Assembly: GCF_009834535.1 (NCBI RefSeq)
Contig: NC_045696.1
Location: 19,718,001-19,782,000, forward strand
Reading direction: 5' to 3'
Length of the DNA: 64,000 nucleotides
Source: Camelus ferus
Taxonomy: Eukaryota
The position numbers and the translations under genes are program-made. Below the pieces are notes generated by a model. It searched no databases and was not told the DNA's origin. It saw nothing but the letters and a program-made list of their open reading frames with translations. This document shows, in pieces, positions 11,359 through 23,959 of the stretch; the first letter of the stretch is position 1; every line of letters starts with the position of its first letter.

Positions 11359-14300
11359 ACACTGCTGTCAGATCACTCAACAAACCTCCATGATGAGACT
11401 GTCATAAATGCACATACTGGTCTAACATCTCAAATAAGCTTTTATTGATCATCTGATTGCGAATGTAATAAGAACAACTCTACCTTCTAATAAATTACCC
11501 TAAAAGTTGAACACTGTAAGTACTTAATTTCCGTTTGTTGAACAAATGAATGCAATTTATATAAATAAAAATGCAGCAAATACCTTATAGGTGCTTTATC
11601 CCTAACTTAGTCCTTTTTTGTTTCAAGATTATTGATCTTTCCCCTTCCTATCTAAACAGCTGCATAGTCACATGCTGTAATTTTGTTTTCAATGATCTAG
11701 CTTTTTCTGGACTGATGTAATTCATAGGAAAATAGTCTTTCTGTGTGTTGTAATGAAGGTATGCTAGATAGCACTAGAAAATCCACATAGAGGTTGATAA
11801 TCCAAATTTCTCACTCAGTATTTCAGGGAGTTCTTTGTTACAGCATGAAGTGATCCTATACATTTGGAACTGAAATTCTTTTACTCAATAACCTAGGCTG
11901 AATCAAAATTCTTTCCCAGTATTTTTCAATGCTTCACTGCTCATCTAATATACTATATATCAAGGCCAAACAATTAAATGAATAACTGAAGCAAAATGTC
12001 TTTTCAAATCAATACTAAAAAATAATGATGTTGGAGCCTTGTTCTTGTCCTTCACTGTGTATGTGGGATGCACATGTCCTACATAATAAAATCCTACTGT
12101 CACGTTAACCTTCACATCTTCCAGGATGTCCTGGAAGTTTTACCTTATCCACTATTCCTCTAAATACACAACACTGTAATGTGGAGTTAAAGTTTTGAAA
12201 AAATAAATAGTAAGAAATTAGGAAATGTTTGCACAGTGAGATTTATTCAGTTTTACTGATAAAGCTGCAGTATAGTCCCTAAATCTTTCCACCTTTACAT
12301 TTTTGCTTCCCTAACTGTAGGCTGGTTGCTGTTTTATACTTATGTCTAGCACAGTTCAATGTTTTTTTGTTTTTAATGCAAACAAATATATGGGAAAATA
12401 CTAAGGTTAAATTTCCAGAGATTAGATGGCTAACAAGTGTCAGAGGCGAGATTCAAATCTAGATCTAACAGAGCTCAGAATCCAGAACTTTCTCCTAAAT
12501 GTCTCATTCTATCAATGACAAGTAGCTTCTATGTCAGAAAGAATGAGAAACACAGCGAGGCTCTATATTTCTGTAACTGGAGAAAAGCATTGTTATAACG
12601 GATGTTCAATTTAGCTAGAAATCAAACAACAAGAACAGCAACAAAGCTTCAAAGACTTCACAGTTTTGTCAAGAGCGGGTCCATCTAACCTTCACCTGGC
12701 CTGGTGCAAACAGAAACCGTGAAGCGAAGTATTTCTGTCCTGCAGCTGCAAGGGCAGGCAGCTGTTCTCTGCATGTTTTATGAAGATCTTTTTTAAAACC
12801 GCAGATGATTCCATATCAAGGAAGTTGTCACTTTAGAGATTTTATAACAGGGCACACATTATAAAGTGTAATGCCCTTAATTTTCTCCTTTCATTTACTT
12901 GGCAATGTACACACATGATGATTGTATAAATATGGTGATATAGGATTACTTTCTAAAGCGTTAAACATATAATCGCTTTACAATCACAAACCTACACAGT
13001 ATCCTAAAGACTACCAACTCTCCTGTGTCTAAAATAATCTGTGGAAGTAACAAAAACAGCATTTTAACCAATTCTTAAAACTACTGCAATCCATAACACT
13101 GTGTGTAAAATGTAAAGACTAAAACCCACAATCTGGTAGGGAAAAGTGTTCGTAACAAGATGTCCCTATTTCCTACCAATATGGAAGCTAATTTTAGCTC
13201 AGATTCAAGTGGTGAATTACTCTTCCGGCCAAAATTCGGGGCAGGAAAATAATTCCTCTCCATCAGTGAAGCCATAAGTGACACATCAGTTAAGTGAAAG
13301 ATACAGCCATGAGTCCACAGATGAATAAAGAAGTCATTCCATGGGAATAAGGAACACATGGCAGGCATGTTACAGAGTCTATTAGAGAAAAGTTTAAGAA
13401 AAAAAATCCATAGGAATACAGCTGCTCCTCCATGTGAATCGAACAACTGCGGGTATAGAAATTTGGAATGCCAGTAATAATTTGGATTTTGATACAAAGG
13501 AGAGAAATTAGGACACTATGATTGAAGAGAGAGGTGAAACTTAGACAACGAATGAAGAGACATTAAGCCCTTATTAGAACAGATGCAATTTTCCTAGCCA
13601 GCCCTGCATCCGATTTTCTCGTGTCTTTGTTAGAAGATAAATTACAACTGCTTTATATCTGTAGCTTTGTATACAGTTATGATCGTGGTTTCTGGAAGAA
13701 AGTTGTCATTCCTTTGCAAAAGTTCAGTTATTCTGAGCTCATTTTCTTAGTTTCTGAAAAATATCAATAAAAGAATACCATCTAGGAAGTAAGAAATGTC
13801 CATAGCAATGGCCATGTCTACACTTATACCTAAATCTATGTATCTATGCATCCATCTAACTACAGCTGACTTCCAGAGTTATGACTTGGTGTTTATTATA
13901 GACAAAAGACTTCCATCATAAGTGATCTGGAACCACTTTCAGAGGATTGTTAAGCAATTCTTGACTAGCTTTATTACATTTGTATTGTCATATATCCTCC
14001 ACATATTCAGACCAAATATGGAGGGCAAACATTTGTTATAAAATAATTTAATGATAAAATATTGTTGTTCTTGATGAGTACATCCCCTTATAATCAAAGA
14101 TGTTTGTGTGCGTCCAAAATAAATTTACTCCGCTGGAATTCAAACACTGCTAATTTGGAATTTACCTTATTTTGGTTTGTCTCTGTTGTTAAACAAAAGA
14201 AAAATGCTTTGTCTTTTATAATAAGAGACAGAAATAATACAGAACCAGCATACCATAATAGCAAGTTCATTTTAATTTCGACATTCTTGTGCACAGGTAC

Positions 14301-16149
14301 CTGCAAAGAGTGAAGGAGACAAAATGGGCTGGAGTGGTGTCTGGACATTCTCCAGACATCAAGTCAAGGGCAGGAAGCAGAGGGTACTGATTGCAACAAG
14401 CTCAAGCAAGAAGGACCTTCTTTACAGATTAAAATGAAGGCTTAAGATGGTGGCTCCACATACCAAATTAAACTAGACTAATTATTTAGTAAACTATTTT
14501 TTAAGAGTGTTTACTAAGGTTTTCTGGATAGTTCATGTATTTTCACTTGGGATTACGAATCTTAAGGAAAAAAGTACCCATGGTTGCATAAGATAGAATC
14601 AATTTCTGATTTAATTTGGGAAGAATATAATCAAACTAAATTGTGTTGCAATTATAAGACTTAGGTTTAAGTGATCTGAAATTACTCAGCATATTTTGTA
14701 TATTACAATACTTTTTACTAAAATTATATTCCTTTAAAGATCTTATTCCAAAAGAGGACCTCATACCATTTATTAAAGGCAAAGAAAACTCCCAGATTTC
14801 ATCATATCATTAATAAATCACTTATTTAATCTGAAGTTGAAAAATAGAGTAAAATGCAGAATATCACAGTGATGCGATGAATAACCTAGGTTAACTAACA
14901 CAAAACTGGACTGTCCTGTACTCATTTTTTTTTTTAAAAGGGAAAGGAAAGTATGAAAGATCCCCAAGACACAGACAAACGTATAAATAATTTTAACATT
15001 TTAATGAATTGCTATTAAAACGTCAAAATTTAAATGAATACAATTTTTAAATATATTTAAGTCAAAACATTTCCACAGCAGCATCAAGCAGACTCAAAAA
15101 CCAGAGTGTGTGGAAGAGACAATGGGTGTCCCTCACTGTTGTGAGGGCTGAAGTGCCTTTTCTTTAACGTACTGTCTTACAATTAGATCACATCCATCAT
15201 ACTTCCTCCTAAGGCTACATTCATTCTCTGTTTGCCATTTTGGTTGATGGCATCACTAGAGTAAAGAACAAAACTGGTTTCAAGATTGAGTTCGTTCCCC
15301 TGTCTTGACTTCAAACTGAAGCAGTTGCCAACTCTATAGATTTTACCATGACCATGGTGCATCTTGCATCTTTCCTTTCCTCATAATTTTTATTTTCATT
15401 ATCATAGTAAAAGCCCACCCACCCATACCACCATACTTTTCCAGATATTTCTATGGCTCCTATATCTAATCTTTCTCCAGCTATCTAAATTACTATTAGC
15501 TCCAAGATGTCTCTTTTTGGTCTTCTAAGTCTATATTCTATTCTATAGCAAATTTATATAATTTATAACTAAAATTATCATATACATACATATATGTATA
15601 TTTCCACAAAATCTATATTTTTAATCAGGAACTTTCTTTTAAATGGTGCACTTCTAATTTTAATATAGGAACTGTCAAACATAAACAAAGGTAGATAATG
15701 TGGCTTCAAGAATGATCCAAATTCTTCTAATTTTGTTGTACCTCCTTCCCTATTGACTTTTGCTGTAGTATTTTAAAGCAAATCTCAGATATAATACCAT
15801 TTGATCTATAAATTCTTTATGTATCGCTTTCTAACAGAGACCTCTTTTCTAATGGAAACACCATGCCATTCTTTTACCTAATATAATATTCTTTAATATC
15901 ACATACTATGCCATCTATATTCAATTTCCCTGAAAAATATCTTTTAGTTGTTTTGTGCAAATCACTATCCATATATAGCACTGTTGCAAAGTGCATAAAA
16001 CTTCTTATTAAATAACAATTATATATATATATATATATAAACAGATATTGTAGGTAAAATGGGTCATTTTATTTATACAATTTCCCACATTAAATTGACT
16101 AATTGCTTATTAACACAGTGTTATCAATCTTCTTTTTCTACGTTTATAT

Positions 16150-16830
16150 TTTTGTTATCTGGAGAACCCATATCCAATGGCTAACTGCACATACCTGAAC
16201 TTGAAGCAGGCAGCTCTAACTTTACATTCTAAAAATTACATAATCTCTTTCTCCAACTTTTGATGCATTGTGCAGTCTCTGCCTCAATTAAAAGCATAAT
16301 CAGATATTCAGGCAAGGAAAATAAAAATTGAGAATACACTTTGAACATTACGCCTCCCTCACTCCCACACATCCATTTGAACATAAAATCTTGACCTCCC
16401 TCTGTAACAGCTGCCCATTAAGTATGCCTCCTCTACCTTCACACAATTATCAAAAATATCTGAACCTGTAAACTTTTGATGAGTTGAATATAAATTGTTC
16501 AGTCATTATAGTAAGCAGTATTCAATATCCTTCAGATTTTGCCCTGAGTTCTATTTACATACACTTTTGTGTTTTCAAACTTTAAAATTTCTGCATCTTT
16601 GTTCATATGGTCCCTTATATCAATAATGTGGCTCTCTCCCATTCTATATTGCTCACATTCAGTCATGTCTTATGAAGGTCATGATGTTTTCTTCCCAGCT
16701 TGAAATTGATCTCTTTCTCCTCCAAATTTGAATTTAATTATTCACATTTATGGGACTAAATATTTCAGTCTTTTCCCATTATAATACTTCGGGCATACTC
16801 TCCAGTTATGCATATAAACAACTCAGTGGC
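16150..16830 (+). mobile_element. Degenerate L2 fragment
   Basis: catatccaatggctaactgcacat, cctccctcactcccacacatccatt are L2-like; highly diverged. Confidence 0.45.
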
Positions 16831-18165
16831 AAATAAACGTGGTGTAGTATAGTAGATGCACAGATGGAGAAAGCACAGAATACTGTAGCAGCAAATAAAA
16901 CAGAGATATAGACATGCAGATTCCAGGGAACTTCCTGGAAAAAAAAATTAAATGACATTTAAGCTAAGATCTGAATGAGTCACACAACATGACAAGGGGA
17001 TTGTGTTCCAGATTGAAAGAATAAGGTTTTGTAAAGGCTTCTAATAAGAAATATGCTATTAAAAAAAAAAGATAATAAACTTTACATTGCTGGCCATGAT
17101 GGCGTCGTTGGTTCTAGATAATCCCTCTTATCTAACAACTTAAAAATAGAAAAACATATTTAGAAAATATATTTTTACAATTGGCAATGGGTCACATAGA
17201 ACACTGATCCTTGAGAAATGGCAAATTAGATAAGACTTATGATCACTCTTGACTTTCTGCTTGAAGGCATACGTACACCATTTCTATGATTTCTGGAGAC
17301 AAAGTCAAGCTCAGAGGCGTTAAGGTGACTAAACTCTGTGTCACAGTATTAGTGAAGAGGAGGCTATACAGATAAGCAGCCCTGCAAGTCTGCATAAGTC
17401 CCTTTGAGTCCTTGGTTGAATACTAAGCTAATTTTTCAAAGGAAAAGAACCACCACTGGGGAATGATAAGCCTAAAAACCACCACAACTCACAAGGCTGA
17501 GAGATTTCCAAGTTCAAATGAGGCAGAATAATTTGTTGAGTAAATGGGGCATTCGGTCGGGACTTCAAAAAGGCCAAGACTTTGTAGTCGAGCTATGCTA
17601 GTTCTAAAGTACTGTCTACTCAAAGATTCCCCCTAAAATTCTTTAAAACGGAGCTTAAACAGATCAATTTAATCCTCAAATAAATCACTTGTCATCACAG
17701 CAAAGCACAATCTTCTCTAGAGGGAAACCTCAACATCCAGAAACTCAACAATGTGATATTCACAATGACCAGTGATAATGACAACAAAAAATAGTACACT
17801 AATGAAGAATCATGACCTATAACCAGGATAAAAATATATCAATCAAATTAGATACAAATGACAAATAAAATGGAATTAGCAGACGTGTTTAAGGATTCAA
17901 AGCAAAATAAGAATTATAATAAAGAAATAAATGGAATCATAGAAAAAGAAATCAAAGATCAAATGGAACTTTAGAGCTGTAAGTGCAGTATCTAAAATCA
18001 AATATTCATTGTGTGAATAATTAACAACAGATTAGAAACTGTAGGAAAAAATGATTAATGAACTTGAAGACATGACAATAGACATTAACCAAACTGAATC
18101 ACAGAAAATAAATAAATAAATGAGCAAAATATCAGTGGTCTGTGGGTTAAGATCAAAGAAGTCTA

Positions 18166-18283
18166 GGCAAGGGTATAATTCAGTGGTAGAGTGCATGCCT
18201 AACATGCACAAGGTCCTGGGTTCAATCCCCAGTACCTCCATTTAAACAAACAATCCTAATTACCTTCTCCTCCCTGCCCAAAT
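18166..18283 (+). mobile_element. tRNA-derived SINE (camelid Vic-type)
   Basis: A box (tataattcagtggtaga), B box (gggttcaatccc), tail aatcctaattacc; 11-bp TSD aaagaagtc(t/c)a at 18155-18165 and 18284-18294. Confidence 0.85.
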
Positions 18284-18609
18284 AAAGAAGTCCAACATAC
18301 ATGGAGTTAGAATTCCAGAAAAGGGGGCACAGCATATTTGAAATGGTAATTTTTTTCCTCCAAATCTTACGAGAAAATGCAAATCCCCTAACTCAGAAAG
18401 TTCACCAAACTTTAATTAGGATAAACATTCAAGACATCACACTGAGGTACATCTTAACAGTATTGCTAAAAATCAAAGATAAAGGTGAGACCATAAGAGC
18501 AGCTAAAGAATCAGTTTACGCACAAAGGAAGAAATCTAAAAGCACCACTGATATTGCATCAGAAAAGATACAAATCAGAAAACACCAGAAACAGACATTT
18601 AAAAATACG

Positions 18610-19074
18610 TGTAGAGGAGGGGGAAATTTTCCCCCTACCCTGTTTGAGTTCTTCTGGCTGGTCTGATAATTAAATTGACCCAAGACACATTGACAGGAGA
18701 AAAAAACAATTTCATGCATGGAGGTCTCATAGAAATACACGCTGTTTATATATCATTTTTAGAGAAATGTGAAGATTTAACAAAAAAATGGGGTTTGTGT
18801 TTGGGACAGCAGACTAATGAAGAAGTAACAAAGTTTATTTATACAGCTTTCTTAGCCTTGAATTCCCTAACTCATGATAAAAATGCTTTCTATCCTGGTA
18901 TGGGCAGGATACCTTTGCATGGGAGATTTATTTCTCACTTTCTGGGGAAAGGAAGGGGGTATGTTTTTTTTTTAAATAATTGTTTCTATCAGCTGTTTCT
19001 CAAGTAATTTTAATTAAAAAATAATTGTGTATCAATGAGGCACATCTTGGGTCAGTCTGATCTGAGCCCCAACA
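18610..19074 (-). mobile_element. Solo ERV LTR inserted in L1
   Basis: TGT...ACA boundaries; non-L1 sequence interrupting the ORF1-ORF2 region; TSD not recognisable. Confidence 0.6.
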
Positions 19075-20816
19075 TAATAAGCATGGAAAAATATCATGCA
19101 ACATTAATCATAAGATGGCAAGAAAGGCTTCATTAGTATCACGCAAAACCAAGTTCTTTACAACATGATCAGCCATAGAGGGTTGTTTCACTATAAAAAA
19201 GAATGATTTCACAGGAAAGATATAAAAATCCTTTTTGTATGTGCCACTAATAACAGAGCTTCAACAAAAATGAAGAACTGAAAGGAAATACCTGACAGAA
19301 CTGAAATGAACAAATCAACAATTATCATTAGAGATTTCAACACTCTTCTTTCAGTAATTTAAACAAGGAAACCAACATAGGAAAAGATTTAGAAGATGTG
19401 AATGACACTATTAACAAAGTTAATATAATAAACATTAACCGTACTCTACAACCAATCATTGTTGAATAGTTATTGTTTTCCAGTACACACTGAATATTCT
19501 CCAAGCTAGATGATATTCTAGGCCATAAAATAAATCTTAGTAAGTTTAATACAACTAAATCATCTGAAGTATATTCTCTAAACATAAAGTAATCAAATTA
19601 GAAATAAGTAATAAAATATTAGGCATATTCCAAATATTTTGAAATGAAATAACACTTCTAAATAACCCATAGATCAGAAAAAATTGGAAACTATTTTGAG
19701 TTAATGAAACATATCAAAATTTATCAGCTGCAGAAGTATTTAAAAAATTAGCTTAAGTCATAATATTAGAAAATAAAGATATAAACTTAAATATCCTATT
19801 TTCCTTGAAAGACAAAACCTACCAAAACTGGCCCAAGAATAATATCAATTAATGTACATGCAACTACTAAAGAAATAAAATTTTTTTAAAATCTTCCCAC
19901 CTTTAGAAGGATATACTGCACAACACATAGAATAAAGCCAATATCAAAAAAAAAAAAAAAAAATCCCCAAAGCAAAGTCCACATCAAGATAACTTTTCTG
20001 GTGAATTTTATCAACTACTTAAAAAAAAGCATCAAACTCATATAAATTTAGGAAACAAAAACAGAGAACAGCTCAACTGATTTATAAAGACAGCATTACC
20101 CTTATACCAAATGCAGGAAAAAAAATTACTGAAAATAACAGTAGTCATGAACATAGACATGACAATCAAAAAGAAAACATTACCATAGCAAATCCAACAA
20201 GATATTAAAATGAATAATATTCCCTGACCAAGCAGAACTTGTCCCAGGATTGGAAATCAAACAATGTAAGTTGTCACATTTATAAAATAAAAGAGAAAAA
20301 TCATATGATCATTTGCATAGCCACCAAAAAAGCATTTGACAAAATTCAACATCCATTAGTGATAAAATATCTCATTAAACTAAGAAGAACATCTCAACAA
20401 TCTAAAAAAGGACATCATCACCATACCTACACTTAACATTGTATTTAATGGTGAAAGTCTGAATGCTTTCTCCATAAACTCAGGGACAAGACAAGGATGT
20501 CTGGTCTCACCACTTCTATTCAACAGTGTCCTGGTGTTCCTAAGCAGCGGAATGGGAAAGAACATAAATAAACAAGGAGAAAACTCTAAAGATTGGTAAG
20601 AAGTAAAACTAAGTCACAGATGACTTGTAACGAACTCACAGAAACTACTTACAAAACTATGAATTTTAATAAGTAAATCTGTTTGCAAAGCATAGACCAA
20701 TATACAAAATATTATCTTCCTGTTATCAGTAAAGAAGTATATCTTTGCTATAAAAATACCTTTTATAATAAAATAAGAACATGAGGCATTTATGGAGAAG
20801 TTTAACAAAATATATG

Positions 20817-21108
20817 TGTAAACAGTTAATAAACAGAAACCTCAATTAAATAGAGTTGGGACACCAGAAGGGGGTGCTCTCAGACCCCTCTCCATTCCTG
20901 GCAAGGACTCATCCAATGTAAAGCCACAGACTCCGTTGTTTTTACAGCCCTCTCAACTTCCTTTTCTTTTCTATAAAAGTGTTCTCCTTCACTTGCCATG
21001 TTGGGACCCACACTGGGCTTGCCATGGTTGCAGACACTAAACTGCAATTCTCTGATGATCCATCTTCACTGGAGAAATACCTTGCAGTGTATTCGTTTCA
21101 GGTCAACA
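20817..21108 (+). mobile_element. Solo ERV1-type LTR inserted in L1 ORF2
   Basis: TGT...ACA ends, TATA-like ctataaaa, 4-bp TSD TATG at 20813-20816 and 21109-21112. Confidence 0.75.
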
Positions 21109-21621
21109 TATGTGAGAAAAAAATTTCTGAGATAAATTTAAAAAGAGCTAAATAAATTGAAAAAATTGATCTATAAATTCAATGCAATCCTCTCCAAATT
21201 TCCTGTAGACATTATTTTTGTGAGTAAACTGCCATGAAATCTCTAAATTTATGTGAAAAATGAAGACCTAGAATAGCCAAAACAATTTTGCAAATAGTAC
21301 AAGGACAGTGTGTATTACCTAGTTTCAAAAATGTATATAAACCTATAGAAATCAAGATACTTTGGTGTTGGAACAAGAATAGACATATAGAAATGAAAAA
21401 TACTAGAGTTCAGAAATACACTCCAATATACATGGTTAGTTGATTTCCATCAAGGCTTTGTGATATTAAATCTGGAAACACAGATTTTCAATAAATGTTG
21501 CTGAAAGAACTGGATACCCAGTTGAGAAAAACAGAACTAACTAGCTATGCATCTATTAATAGTAAAATAAATAAATATAGTAAATATTATATGAAATAAA
21601 CAAATTTAGAACCACAATTCT

Positions 21622-22072
21622 TTTATTTCTGCTCTAATAACTATCCATATATTAGTAAATCAATTCAAGCCAACTGGAATTTATACAGATTCAAACATCA
21701 ACTGAATTTACTGGGAAGTCTAAGGAAAATTCTCAGAACTATTAATAACTATGACAACTTAAACACTTGTGAATACTTCTTACTGCAGTTACCAAAAAAG
21801 CTTCCCACAAAGAATACTGTAGGCCAGAATTCTTTACTTTTTTAAAGAGACCAAAGAGAAAATGAAAGTTTTTCATGTTAAATACTGTATATTTGCCTTC
21901 TTAGGTTTGTTTAAAAATTTCCATTTTTAACAGTATCTTCTTCTTACAGGAGAAATGGATTTTTTTGCAGAGAGACTATCTTTTTAGATAGCAATCAAAG
22001 AAAAAAGAAGTCTCTCCCAGTGAAAGCTATTTGATAATCTGCTTTCTTGTCAAACCATGATGTACATCATTT
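21622..22072 (-). pseudogene. PHYHIP-like gene terminal exon (CDS 22072-22050, (E)MMYIMV*; 3' UTR to AATAAA)
   Basis: Acceptor ttgttgaacag|AAATGATGTAC; TGA at 22052-22050; polyA signal 21627-21622. LVEMMY ~ PHYHIP ILEIIY. The preceding intron would be only 66 nt. Confidence 0.55.
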
Positions 22073-22138
22073 CTGTTCAACAATATTTAAAGTAGGGAAA
22101 GTCTTTATTTTCTGTGGTCCTAATATTTAAGCACAAAC

Positions 22139-22196
22139 CTACAAGTAATTTCAGTCCATATGGAGTATCTAAGATCACCCCAGAAAACTTAAACAT
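22139..22196 (-). pseudogene. PHYHIP-like exon (58 nt) MFKFSGVILDTPYGLKLLV
   Basis: ttcttttgcatag|ATG...GTAG|gtttgt; phase 0 to 1; open. Confidence 0.65.
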
Positions 22197-23039
22197 CTAT
22201 GCAAAAGAATCAGGTCATATTCAAGTCAGGAAGACAATTAGCTATTTTGAACAGTTAATAGTCAGTGCAACAACAACAACAACAACAAAAAATCCAACCC
22301 TGAATATAAACTAAAAGTAAAGAAAGGCTGTGATTTTACCAGCAGAAATAGAAAAACAGATTCTCTTTCTAAAATATATTTGTATAAGAAATAATATTTA
22401 AAATAATTTATTCAGCAAAAGTATTATGAATATTTAGTCATACTTTAATTCTTATATTTTAAAATAATTTTATAACAGCACAGAGTGATAAAAATTATTC
22501 AATTCATATTTTCACTTTATCCATTATTACTTTTGAAAACTATAGGAAAAAGTACCTTTTGCAAACGTTTCCAGGCACAACAGCTATTTAAAGATACTGC
22601 CATCATGACTGCCTAGAAGCCAGCTCCTCTGTGAAGCTTTGTTGGGGCTCCTGCTTCCCTCAGGCAAATTCAATCAGTCTTCACTACTTAACCAAACTCC
22701 TTAAGTACACTGCTATTGTTAAGTGCTTAACGCTCCACCTGAGTCATTGCCCGTCTTTTCTACAAGACTGAAATCCTTGGGTTAAAGAAAGAATCTTATT
22801 TATTCATCTTTTTATCTTGAGTGTCTTGAATTGCTCCATGCATACTGGAGATCATAAACCTCTTATGGATAAATCTTTATGTGAAAGATTCTCTTGTGTT
22901 AGCCATATTTTACTATCTCTATTTCCCTTTTGCAATAATCCTCTTACCCTTTTCTATTTTGGTTTGTTTGTAGCATACAGACTTATAAACTCTCCTAAAA
23001 CATTGGAGAATAACAAAAGACTAAAATTACCTTACATAA

Positions 23040-23700
23040 CCAAATCATTATGCATGGTCATCTGTCATGAGCATCTAACAGTTTTCATCAATATTTAATT
23101 CTGTATAAGACACACTTCATGATTACATGGGAAAAAAAACATAAAGACTGTTTTCATAATTGTAATTACACAGATAAATTTCAGTAAGTTGATAATTTAT
23201 ATTCTATTCCATATTAACTATTCAATTTAAAAACATCTAAGTAATGGTCAAGGAGATGACAATATTACAAACAAAAGCAAATAAATACAGTTCAAAATTT
23301 TTGTTGCAGTTTCTCATTATATTGAATGAAGCCATTGTAAAAATAATTTGCAATTCATATTAGCATGAGCTTCAAAGGCTTCCATTCTGCTTTTGCGTCT
23401 TCATTACCAAAGGATTTCTTGTTTTTCAATGATAAGAAACTTTGAAAAATTTGGTGGAATAATCAAAAAATAAAATGACTTTGATGTATCAAACTGCATT
23501 TGTTATCAATTTGAATTCTCTGCTAGGATTTCATTCTTTCAGAGTTGTATTGCTTGAAGGATATTCATACCAGTGATAATAAAGTTATTCAATCCTCAGT
23601 GATCATTCTTTCAACTCATCATACAGTGGTTTGCTCTGCATTTGCATGCTGATCCCTGACTTTTCAAAGATAAGTTTCACTAAACGTTGACTTGTTCTCT
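23040..23700 (-). mobile_element. Possible hAT-family transposase remnant
   Basis: Minus translation KSFGNEDAKAEWKPLK recalls ZNF862-type hAT C-terminal SFGNDD...EW.xLK; many stops; weak. Confidence 0.35.
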
Positions 23701-23959
23701 ACCTATGTTTCTCTATACTTCCCTAGACTCCATTTATTGGTTAACCATTTCATCAATCAAGATATCTTAGATTTCCTAGTCTTGTTTCTTTTGTCTCTAG
23801 TTAAATCTGTGAATACACAAAGAGGGAAGAAGAAATGATGAAGGCATATACTGAGTATTTGTTGAGCATGTGGAAGCAGGGATGTTTGATTTAACTTGGG
23901 GATGTGTCATGAATAGAAGTCCTAAATTTAAAATGTCTATACATATAGATATATATTAT

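Larger units (their letters stand above)
17090..21530 (+). mobile_element. Old, internally deleted L1 (5' region, ORF1, ORF2 remnants) with nested SINE and LTRs
   Basis: ORF1-like translation 18301-18600 (ITLRYILTVLLKIKDKGETIRAAKE); ORF2 RT-like [24 protein letters not shown] in ORF 20239-20436; cagggacaagacaaggatgtc; gacctagaatagccaaaacaattttg. Confidence 0.85.

Noticed and set aside
13081..13497. Longest ORF in the track (138 aa, minus)
   Set aside because: Non-ATG start, no recognisable homology or splice context; compatible with chance.
18166..18240. tRNA-like sequence
   Set aside because: Has a SINE tail and TSD; a tRNA-derived SINE, not a tRNA gene.
23036..23100. AG/GT-bounded segment on the minus strand as an extra exon
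   Set aside because: All frames stopped, not needed for the phase chain, and overlaps the suspected transposon remnant.
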